Assembly (NCBI GenBank): GCA_049472335.1
Contig: JBLIRO010000117.1
Span: forward strand, 1-12,135
Source of the DNA: a bacterium
Lineage (GTDB): Bacteria > SZUA-182 > DTGQ01 > JAFGSM01
Length of the DNA: 12,135 nt
Direction: 5' to 3'
Program-made: the position numbers and the translations under genes
The notes under the pieces: generated by a model
What the model was told of the DNA's origin: nothing
The model's input: the letters and a program-made list of their open reading frames with translations, nothing else
Database searches by the model: none
In this document: one piece after another, positions 1 through 7,287 of the stretch
Layout of the letters: every line of letters begins with the position of its first letter
How positions within the stretch are numbered: position 1 is the first letter of the stretch

Positions 1-2
1 CT

Positions 3-3000
3 GACAAAAGGCAGGTAGGCCTGTTGCTCGGTAACATGATTGGGCCATGCTTTTTGTCTGACGATCTCTTGTGGGAAGTTGTTGTAACCAAACTGGTGAA
101 ACTGGCTTTAGAATTCGGCAATATCCCGGAATTTCTTTATGGTTATGCCGTGTTTGGAAGCATACTAATCAATTTGACCGGGGAATATAAATCCAGTTAT
201 GAGCTATGCAAACTCTCCATTGAGCTATGCAACAGGTATCATGCCCGCTCTCAGCTTGCCAGGGCTTCCGAAATACTTGGCGCTCGCGTACTTCACTGGT
301 TTAAACCTGCAAAACAAGCCCTGCCTGTTCTCAGCGATGGATACAAGGCGGCCCTGGAGTCGGGAGAATTGCTGTTTGCCGGCTACATATATGCCATAAG
401 GCTTTTAACCCGTATCAGTTGCTCACATAACATCGACCTGCTTCTGAAAGAAGCCGAAGAGGTCATATCCTTCACCCGAAATACCCAAAACCAAATAGCG
501 CATTATGCCTCCATAGGGTTTCAGTTGATCCTGAGAAATCTGAGCGCAAGGACAAAAGACAGATTCTCATTTCACAATGAAACTTTAACAGAAGCGGATT
601 TTCTGAAGCAATGCAAAGAATACAACCTGGTAACGGCCTCTTGCCTCTTTCATATCCTGAAAGCGGGCTTATATTATATGTATGGGAATTCCGCAGAAGC
701 CCTTCGATCCGTCAATGAGGCCAAAAAGGGATCAAATGTTATAGTGGGTTTTATGTCCACAGCAGACCTGAATTTTTATCATTCCCTGACCCTGGCTGAT
801 CTATTCCAGGATGCATCACCGGCAGGTAAAGGGCATTATCTGGAAACGATACGAATGAATCAGGCCCGGTTGAAGACCTGGGCCGATAATTGTCCCGAGA
901 ACTTTATGTGCCGTTACCTCCTTGTGGAGGCCGAATTGGCCCGGATATGGGGGAAGGATTGGGAAGCGGTGGACCTGTATGAACAGGCCATTAAATACGC
1001 GAAGGAACAGGAATTTGTGCATATAGAGGCCCTGGCAAATGAGCTGGCATCAAAATTCTGGCTCAGCCGCGGCAAAGAGCGAATCGCACGACTTTATCTG
1101 GAAAATGCATATTACCTGTATCAACGCTGGGGGGCCCATGCCAAGGTCAAAGACCTGGAAACCCTGTACAGGGACCTTTTAATCAGGGATACAACAAAAT
1201 CACTAACCATAACCCAACACCTGACATCCTGCAGGCTGGATTGGGAAACCTGCATAAGCGCCCTCAGGGCCCTCTCCGCAAAATTAGACCTGCAGGACCT
1301 CCTGAACAATATAATGGATTCTATGATGGCCCATTCAGGGGCCGAGAGGGCCCTCATTATCCTGAAAAATGGGGATGACTGGCGCATTCAGGCCATGAGC
1401 GATGTTGTCACAAAGACAAGGGAGGTTTTACAGAATCGTCCATACAGGCCTCAAACTAAAGAGGACCTGGGATTTTCGATCCCTAAAATGGTATTCAACT
1501 ACTGTTTACGTTCAAAGGAGGCCCTGGTTTCAGGCAATGCCGTGCAGGACCCTCGAATTCAAAAAGACTGGAATATCCAGCGCAGGGAAATCAGATCCCT
1601 AGCCTGCATCCCCATCCCGGGCCAGGAAAGTATCAGGGCAATGATCTATCTGGAAAACAACCTGATGACGGATGTCTTTTCCCTCGAAAGGATGGAAATC
1701 ATTCGACTCCTGTCCGCCCAGTTCAGTATCTCCATTGAAAATGCCCTGCTGTACAATGATCTTAAGCAAAACACAGACACAATTCGTAAAAGTGAAGAGC
1801 GATATGAGCTGGCTGTTTCCGGGACATCTGTCGGGATCTGGGACTGGGACATCATTTCAGGCAGGGTGTTTCTATCCGGTCGTTTGAAGAATCTCTTAGG
1901 GTATTCGGCCGATGAGTTTATCGATACAATGGATGATTTCTGGGACCGGCTGCACCCTGAAGACAAGGAGGCCACACGGACTGTTTTTACCCGCCACCTC
2001 AAGGAACACCTCCCTTATGATTTAGATTACCGACTCAAGACAAAATCCGGTGATTACCGCTGGTTTAATGCCCGGGGACAGGCCATATGGGATGAAACCG
2101 GAAAAGCCACCCGGATGTCCGGCTCCATAATGGACATTACCGAAAGAAAACAGGCAGAGGGGGACCTGAAGAAGGCCTTTGAAGAGATCAAAGGGCTAAA
2201 GGCGCGTCTTGAGCAGGAAAACATCTATCTTCGCGAGGAAATGGGCATAACCCGGAATCATGGGGAGATTATTGGGCAAAGCAGCGCCCTTAAAAAGGTG
2301 CTGATGAAAATAAAAAAGGTTGCCTCTTCCGGCTCCGCAGTTCTGATCTCTGGGGAAACAGGCACCGGCAAGGAGCTGCTTGCCCGCGCCATCCACAACC
2401 TGAGTGATCGAAAGGACCGGACTATGGTAAAGGTCAACTGTGCGGCCCTACCTTCAACATTGATCGAAAGCGAATTGTTCGGGCGCGAAAAAGGGGCTTA
2501 CACCGGCGCATTGTCCCGGCAGGTGGGGAGGTTTGAAATCGCTGACAACTCTACCATCTTTCTGGATGAAATCGGCGAACTCCCTCCGGAATTACAGGCC
2601 AAATTGCTAAGGGTGCTACAGGATGGTGAATTTGAGCGATTGGGCAGTCCCAAAACCATCAAGGTTAACGTGCGGGTGATTGCCGCCACCAACCGTGACC
2701 TGGAAAAAGCCGTGGCTGAAGGGAGGTTTCGTGAGGACCTCTTTTACCGTCTGAATGTATTTCCCATCAAGATGCCCCCGTTGAGGGAGCGCGTGGAGGA
2801 CATCCCCACGCTGGTGTGGGCCTTTGTAAAGGAATTCGGGCAAAAGATGGGCAAAAACATCCAGACCATTTCCAAACAAAGTATGGATCTGTTACAGAAA
2901 TATAGCTGGCCGGGCAATATCCGGGAGCTGCGTAATGTGATTGAGCATGCCATGCTGATGAGCGAGGGAAGCCATCTGAAGGTTGATCTTCCGGCCCCCA

Positions 3001-3197
3001 AATCCGCTGAAGCCACCTCCTTTCCTTCCCTGGAGGAGATGGAGCGTGAGCATATTAAAGCAGCCTTAAAGGCCACCGGTTGGCGGATTCGCGGTAGTAA
3101 CGGTGCTGCTGAATTGCTGCAGATCAAACCATCAACGCTTTACTCGAGAATGGAGAAACTGGGGATCCCAACCCGGCGGATAAAAGATGACCATTAA
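3..3197 (+). CDS. Large sigma54-dependent transcriptional activator (FhlA/NtrC-type AAA+ domain) with GAF and PAS sensors; 5'-truncated by the window edge, probably the C-terminal part of a Ser/Thr kinase-AAA ATPase-GAF fusion
   Basis: Frame is open from position 3 (GAC AAA AGG CAG GTA GGC CTG TTG), so TTG at 24 is probably not the real start. Walker A GETGTGKE, ESELFGREKGAYTGA (GAFTGA variant), Walker B FLDEI, FREDLFYRL, WPGNIREL, C-terminal HTH (GAAELLQIKPSTLYSRMEKLGI). PAS (GIWDWDI...LHPED...YRW), GAF (SLACIPI...IYLENN). ENF..YLLVEAE/YEQAI..A/ANELA/Y.RWGA.AKV is typical of kinase-ATPase-GAF proteins. Confidence 0.93.
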   Translation, partial: DKRQVGLLLGNMIGPCFLSDDLLWEVVVTKLVKLALEFGNIPEFLYGYAVFGSILINLTGEYKSSYELCKLSIELCNRYHARSQLARASEILGARVLHWFKPAKQALPVLSDGYKAALESGELLFAGYIYAIRLLTRISCSHNIDLLLKEAEEVISFTRNTQNQIAHYASIGFQLILRNLSARTKDRFSFHNETLTEADFLKQCKEYNLVTASCLFHILKAGLYYMYGNSAEALRSVNEAKKGSNVIVGFMSTADLNFYHSLTLADLFQDASPAGKGHYLETIRMNQARLKTWADNCPENFMCRYLLVEAELARIWGKDWEAVDLYEQAIKYAKEQEFVHIEALANELASKFWLSRGKERIARLYLENAYYLYQRWGAHAKVKDLETLYRDLLIRDTTKSLTITQHLTSCRLDWETCISALRALSAKLDLQDLLNNIMDSMMAHSGAERALIILKNGDDWRIQAMSDVVTKTREVLQNRPYRPQTKEDLGFSIPKMVFNYCLRSKEALVSGNAVQDPRIQKDWNIQRREIRSLACIPIPGQESIRAMIYLENNLMTDVFSLERMEIIRLLSAQFSISIENALLYNDLKQNTDTIRKSEERYELAVSGTSVGIWDWDIISGRVFLSGRLKNLLGYSADEFIDTMDDFWDRLHPEDKEATRTVFTRHLKEHLPYDLDYRLKTKSGDYRWFNARGQAIWDETGKATRMSGSIMDITERKQAEGDLKKAFEEIKGLKARLEQENIYLREEMGITRNHGEIIGQSSALKKVLMKIKKVASSGSAVLISGETGTGKELLARAIHNLSDRKDRTMVKVNCAALPSTLIESELFGREKGAYTGALSRQVGRFEIADNSTIFLDEIGELPPELQAKLLRVLQDGEFERLGSPKTIKVNVRVIAATNRDLEKAVAEGRFREDLFYRLNVFPIKMPPLRERVEDIPTLVWAFVKEFGQKMGKNIQTISKQSMDLLQKYSWPGNIRELRNVIEHAMLMSEGSHLKVDLPAPKSAEATSFPSLEEMEREHIKAALKATGWRIRGSNGAAELLQIKPSTLYSRMEKLGIPTRRIKDDH

Positions 3198-3271
3198 GAC
3201 ATGGATTGAAATATTGCATAAAACTATGAGGTAAATCCACTTTTCGGGTTTCTTTAAACAATGCAAAAATA

Positions 3272-3304
3272 TCGATATATCGACTAAACATCGAAATATC
3301 GATG
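3272..3304. promoter_or_regulatory. Tandem palindromic operator / upstream activator sequence
   Basis: Perfect palindrome TCGATATATCGA (3272-3283) and near-perfect CATCGAAATATCGATG (3289-3304); cores 19 nt apart, about 105-135 nt upstream of the sigma54-like promoter and just downstream of the activator gene. Confidence 0.7.
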
Positions 3305-3404
3305 CTTTTTTGATCCTATTTCCTTTATCTTATCTGCCACACATCCCTTCTAACCTCTTATATTATATATACTTTTAAGCCTTTCACCATCAGCGTATCC
3401 ACCG

Positions 3405-3420
3405 TTGGCATACTCTTGCT
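3405..3420 (+). promoter_or_regulatory. sigma54 (-24/-12)-like promoter with a spacer 1 nt shorter than canonical
   Basis: TTGGCATACTCTTGCT matches the TTGGCA and TTGCT boxes, but GG and GC are 9 nt apart rather than 10. It lies between an EBP gene with palindromic sites and the ATG at 3434. Confidence 0.5.
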
Positions 3421-3433
3421 CTAATATCAAATC

Positions 3434-3763
3434 ATGATTATGGCCGAGTTTAGATTCCTTGTTTCGAATAAGGATAGAAAAAATGCGCTGGATGGCCTGC
3501 GCTGCTTTCTGGGGCCAACCGGGGCCAAACCGGGGTGTATCAGATGCAGTATCTCTTGTGATGCGGATAAACCCAACCTCATTACCTATACGGAAAAGTG
3601 GCAGTCCGAGGAATTCTTAAGACAACACATTCAAAGCCATCAGTATCGACAGCTTCTATCCATCATCGAGCTATCGGTCAGGAAGCCTGAAATCGGATTC
3701 TATCATATCACCCAAACAGGGGGGCTGGAAGTTATAGAAAACGCACGTACACAGATAAAATAA
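3434..3763 (+). CDS. Antibiotic-biosynthesis-monooxygenase (ABM)/putative quinol monooxygenase fold protein
   Basis: 109 aa; KPGCI.C, YTEKWQSEEFLRQHIQS (E.W.S...L..H..S pattern), PEI near the C-terminus. Confidence 0.8.
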   Translation: MIMAEFRFLVSNKDRKNALDGLRCFLGPTGAKPGCIRCSISCDADKPNLITYTEKWQSEEFLRQHIQSHQYRQLLSIIELSVRKPEIGFYHITQTGGLEVIENARTQIK

Positions 3764-4531
3764 AGGGGACGAAATCTCAGGCAGTTCTGCTAATGTCCGG
3801 CTAATGGCCATTGATTATTAAATCAGCCAAGTATTTTTCGTTCTCACAGAAATCCATCACACACCTGTGGGTAAAAGGTCAATGATGTTCATCCGGATTA
3901 TCATTCAACCTTTTTAGCTGTAATCCTGTAAAGAAGGGATACTCTTTATCCTAAATCCTTGCTCCGGTCTATGGAAAACCTATTACAGTTGAGGACCTTA
4001 CAAAAAGATGTTGAATCATTCCGGAAGATACATCCCCTGGGAACAGGAAGAGGAACTATCGGAAAAAAACAGAAAGAGAGGCTGTCGGGAAAGAACTAAA
4101 AGAAAAGCAAAAGGAAAAGAGGGTGAATTTCGAGCCTCTTTAAGCAGTCATACAACTGCTTAATCTCAGGTACCGTTAGGTATCCATCGAATATTAAAAC
4201 CGGCCGGAAAGGGGGTGTTTTGAGAAAGGGCAAATAAATCGTTGTTCTGCATCATTCATTTCAAAAAACATAAAAAACAGAAAAGGAGGTATAAAGCAGA
4301 TAAAAATCTAAAATTTCTTAAATCATCCGTGCTTTTCAAAGCTAAAATTTGGGCTTTTATAATCTCTCAAATCAAAGAGGAGAAAATCGTCTTCTTTCGG
4401 TCTATAGCACTCTGAAACATTGATTCTCATCTGAATATTAAGAGGGATTATGTTACAACCAGACTTTAGTGTAGAAGGGAAAAACGCTTCAAGTTGTGAA
4501 TATTTTCATCATAAATAAGGAGTAAATAATC

Positions 4532-5644
4532 ATGAGACGTTTTGTTGTATGTTTAATGACACTGGCATTTAGCCTCCAATTAGTTATGCTGTTTTCCGCC
4601 GCAGCCTTAGCGGATCCGGTTGTCTGGACGGGACCTAAAATCACCTTCACCAAAGCCGATTTTGCCGACTGGACACAAGAGGCAAACCAAGATCGAATCA
4701 CAGAAAATGTCTGGATAACGCGCGCAGATTCTGAAGGTATATACAATATCAAGACGGAGTTTACGTATAGTCACTATTCCAGTCCAGCAGATACTGAATG
4801 GGCATACGGTTCGGCTGCCAACTGGCAGTCGCTTACTTTTCAGGATTGGGAGCATTGGCATGGTAACAACCCCCCTATTACGGTTGGTCAGAATGCTGTC
4901 TTGCACCTCATCTCCGATGATATCTATATTGATATCAAGTTCTTGAGCTGGACGTCAGGTGGAGCCGGCGGTGGTTTTTCTTATGAACGGAGTACCCCAG
5001 GGCAACAAGCCATCAATGTTGATATAGATATCAAGCCAGGCAGTTATCCAAACAGCATCAACCTGGGTTCTAACGGCAAGGTGCCAGTGGCGATTTTCGG
5101 CAGTGCGGACTTTGATGTCACCACCATTGACTTTTATAGTGTCACATTAGCAGGCGCTTCGGTGGTGCTTAAAGGTAAGGCTCAGACACCAATGGTATCG
5201 ATTGAAGATCTTAACGCAGACGGCTTTAATGATTTGATCATCCATGTCGATACCGAAGCCCTTGAACTCAGCACACATGATACCATAGCTATCTTAGAAG
5301 GCAAAACCGATGATGATACACCTATCACCGGAGAGGATTCAGTTCGTATTGTCCCCTACGAGGAGGCAGTGTGTCCCTGTCAGGGGGGATTTGATACTAT
5401 TATTGCTAACTATTTACAAGATATCAACACCTGTTGGAACAACAATAATACTGATGTTGGTATTTCAAATGGAGTAGGGGGACCTGCTGGTCTTTATGCT
5501 ACTGCCAATACTGGTACTCTTACTTGTACGTATCAATGGCCTGGTATAAACGGCGGCACAAACTATGGAACACAAGCAGAAATTCAAAAATGCATTGACA
5601 CTCTTGTCACTGTAATAGCAGAGGATCCTACAGTGTGCTATTAA
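4532..5644 (+). CDS. Secreted modular hypothetical protein (signal peptide, Trp-rich domain, IDIKPG domain with DxNxDG loop, Cys-rich tail)
   Basis: SD AAGGAG at 4517-4522; MRR + hydrophobic core + ALA-D cleavage site; IDIKPGSYPNSIN...VPVAI...DLNADGFNDL...GEDSVRIVP module; six Cys in the last ~90 aa. Confidence 0.8.
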   Translation: MRRFVVCLMTLAFSLQLVMLFSAAALADPVVWTGPKITFTKADFADWTQEANQDRITENVWITRADSEGIYNIKTEFTYSHYSSPADTEWAYGSAANWQSLTFQDWEHWHGNNPPITVGQNAVLHLISDDIYIDIKFLSWTSGGAGGGFSYERSTPGQQAINVDIDIKPGSYPNSINLGSNGKVPVAIFGSADFDVTTIDFYSVTLAGASVVLKGKAQTPMVSIEDLNADGFNDLIIHVDTEALELSTHDTIAILEGKTDDDTPITGEDSVRIVPYEEAVCPCQGGFDTIIANYLQDINTCWNNNNTDVGISNGVGGPAGLYATANTGTLTCTYQWPGINGGTNYGTQAEIQKCIDTLVTVIAEDPTVCY

Positions 5645-5732
5645 CCGAAAATCCACCAGAGCCAACTCATGAGTGATTGAAATATTATTATGCTGACATA
5701 AATAACAGCAATTCTAATTATGACATCCATTG

Positions 5733-5917
5733 AGGTTGAATAAACATTTTACGAAGCGATATAGGGAGGTCTTTCTGTAAATTTTCTTAGCGAAGCCGCA
5801 GTGTATAAAATTGCAAATGTCTGAGCGAAGCGAGTTTATGCAATTTAGCGAAGCGAGCTTAGTAAATTCAAAAAGCCTGCCCGTCTTAGCGAAGTAAACA
5901 TGTTTACTAATCCACCT
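5733..5917. repeat. Long imperfect inverted-repeat element carrying GCGAAGC mini-hairpins
   Basis: Nested pairings TAAACAT 5741-47/ATGTTTA 5900-06, TTTAC 5748-52/GTAAA 5894-98, AAATTGCA 5808-15/TGCAATTT 5839-46; GCGAAGC at 5790, 5825, 5848 with variants at 5751 and 5889. Confidence 0.7.
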
Positions 5918-5925
5918 ATGAACTT

Positions 5926-5961
5926 AAGGGACATGGGCATGTGTCAATGCCCATGTCCCTT
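5926..5961. repeat. Perfect 15-bp inverted repeat (REP-like hairpin or possible terminator)
   Basis: AAGGGACATGGGCAT-gtgtca-ATGCCCATGTCCCTT; arms begin with GGGAC and only a short T run follows. Confidence 0.8.
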
Positions 5962-5982
5962 TCCGTCTTAGGCGCATTTCTC

Positions 5983-6150
5983 GTAGGGAGGCAAGTAGGG
6001 ACGTGCAGGGGGGACGTAGAAGGCAAGTAGGGACGGTTCTTTCGAAGGCAAGGGGTTATCACGGGGTCATTATCACGCATTATCACGGGGTCACATTATC
6101 ACGGGTCATTATCACGGGGTCATTATCACGTTATCACGGGGTCAGGTCTT
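5983..6150 (+). repeat. Two adjacent stuttered repeat tracts ending in GGGAC/GGGGTC motifs
   Basis: AGGCAAGTAGGGACG-type units at 5989, 6021 and (partial) 6046; seven TTATCACG units at 6056, 6070, 6080, 6096, 6109, 6123, 6131, ending in GGGGTCAGGTCTT. Confidence 0.9.
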
Positions 6151-6313
6151 TTATTATAAGGTTTTAAAACATAAGCAAAAAGAAGAAAAAAAGAAAAGGT
6201 TCTATTTTTTTCTAAATGCAGTAGATACCATATTATATATTTTATCCATTCTTAATTCATAATGGGGCATGTAACTGCGATAAATATTTTTTAAATAAAA
6301 AAGGAGTAAAAAC

Positions 6314-6688
6314 ATGAAATATATACGCCTTATGATTTTCTTCAGTCTTATACTGGTTTTAATAGGTTTCCTTTTGGTTATCATAGAATCAGGCAAAAAG
6401 CCGCTATCAATCGAAGCAACCGCTGAGTCCAAACCCGAATCTGTTCAGGAAACCAGATTCTTCCGTGTATATTTAAATGAAACTGAAACTGATAATAAGA
6501 CTATCATGCCCATGAATGAGTATGAATCCAAAGACGAAAAAGGGTACGTTATAGTGGGAATAATGGATGGTGATGATTATGAGCGATTACTCAATACAGG
6601 TTTTGAGATAGAAGAGGTTTCCAATCCCCTGGCTCAGGTGAAACAAGTAGAAACAAGTGGGAAACAAGTGAACAAGTGGAACAAGTGA
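6314..6688 (+). CDS. N-terminally membrane-anchored/secreted hypothetical protein, copy 1; probably 3'-truncated
   Basis: SD AAGGAG 6301-6306; hydrophobic residues ~6-24; the last 16 aa are translated from the AACAAGT stutter tract; 100/108 aa identical to the copy at 11392. Confidence 0.7.
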   Translation: MKYIRLMIFFSLILVLIGFLLVIIESGKKPLSIEATAESKPESVQETRFFRVYLNETETDNKTIMPMNEYESKDEKGYVIVGIMDGDDYERLLNTGFEIEEVSNPLAQVKQVETSGKQVNKWNK

Positions 6689-6717
6689 ACAAGTGGGGAC
6701 GGTTCTTGACTTGCCTT
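6640..6717 (+). repeat. Stuttered AACAAGT tract ending in GGGGACGGTTCTTGACTTGCCTT
   Basis: Six AACAAGT units at 6642, 6652, 6663, 6671, 6680, 6688. Confidence 0.9.
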
Positions 6718-6802
6718 TTTAATAATGAAGGCTATAGGGCATCATGAGTTCTCAAATGGACGGAAGAAGGAAAAAAGAGAAAAAGGGGGGAAAAAGGGTA
6801 CG

Positions 6803-6960
6803 CAGAATCAGGCAAAAAACCTCTATCAATCGAAGCCAATGCCAAGTTCAAATCCGAATCTATTCAGGAAACCAGATTCTCCCGTGTATATTTAGATAAA
6901 ACTGAAACTGACAATAAGACTGCCATACCCATGAATGAGTATGTACACGGATACGAAAAA
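6803..6960 (+). pseudogene. Internal fragment of a diverged allele of the 6314/11392 gene
   Basis: Colinear with 6384-6541 (offset 419, no indel); translates ESGKKPLSIEANAKFKSESIQETRFSRVYLDKTETDNKTAIPMNEYVHGYEK; no start codon after the in-frame TGA at 6745. Confidence 0.85.
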
Positions 6961-7101
6961 ATCCCGGATCGTTAACAATAGTATAAAAGAAGTTATTTAT
7001 GATTAGAACGAGTTTATACTTCTCCCTTTAAATATAAAAAGGGCAGAAAAATAAGGGATAAAACAAAAACCAAAAAAAGCAAAAAGGAAAATAACTGCCA
7101 T

Positions 7102-7287
7102 TTAAATTTTTTGGGGTTCTTTTTCTAAGATAATAGAAGTTAGTTTAATATCGTTTTCCAAAAGAAACTTATCCGTATTTTTCTTGATTATATTAATGTA
7201 ATTTTCAGCAGTTAAGTCTTTTATGTCCTGGTAAACCTTATTCTTCCATTCCCATACTTCTAATAAAGAACTATCATTGTTCTTCAT
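7102..7287 (-). CDS. Small hypothetical protein, probable partner/antitoxin of the PIN protein
   Basis: 61 aa; overlaps the end of the PIN gene; SD GGAGGT inside the PIN 3' end. Confidence 0.65.
   Translation of the reverse strand: MKNNDSSLLEVWEWKNKVYQDIKDLTAENYINIIKKNTDKFLLENDIKLTSIILEKEPQKI

Noticed and set aside
199..3127. Ten short alternative-frame/antisense ORFs inside the activator gene
   Set aside because: Shadow ORFs of a strongly supported CDS; no motifs.
3351..3363. IHF site between the palindromes and the sigma54-like promoter
   Set aside because: Position is right and it is conserved at 9963, but three mismatches to WATCAANNNNTTR are too many to call.
4195..4235. c-di-GMP-I riboswitch-like words (AAACC...GAAAGG, GGGCAAA)
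   Set aside because: Elements are out of order and the stems do not pair properly.
3764..4480. Possible decayed gene in the long spacer, with GGGGAC at 3765
   Set aside because: Only short frames (about 40-55 codons) with no recognisable motif; a lone hexamer without tail or stutter is not enough.
4489..5665. Minus-strand ORFs 4489-4752, 4607-4906, 5465-5665
   Set aside because: Antisense to the 370-aa gene, which has an SD, signal peptide and recognisable modules.
6056..6700. CRISPR array interpretation of the short repeat tracts
   Set aside because: Units are 8-16 nt, irregular and lack unique spacers; no cas genes.
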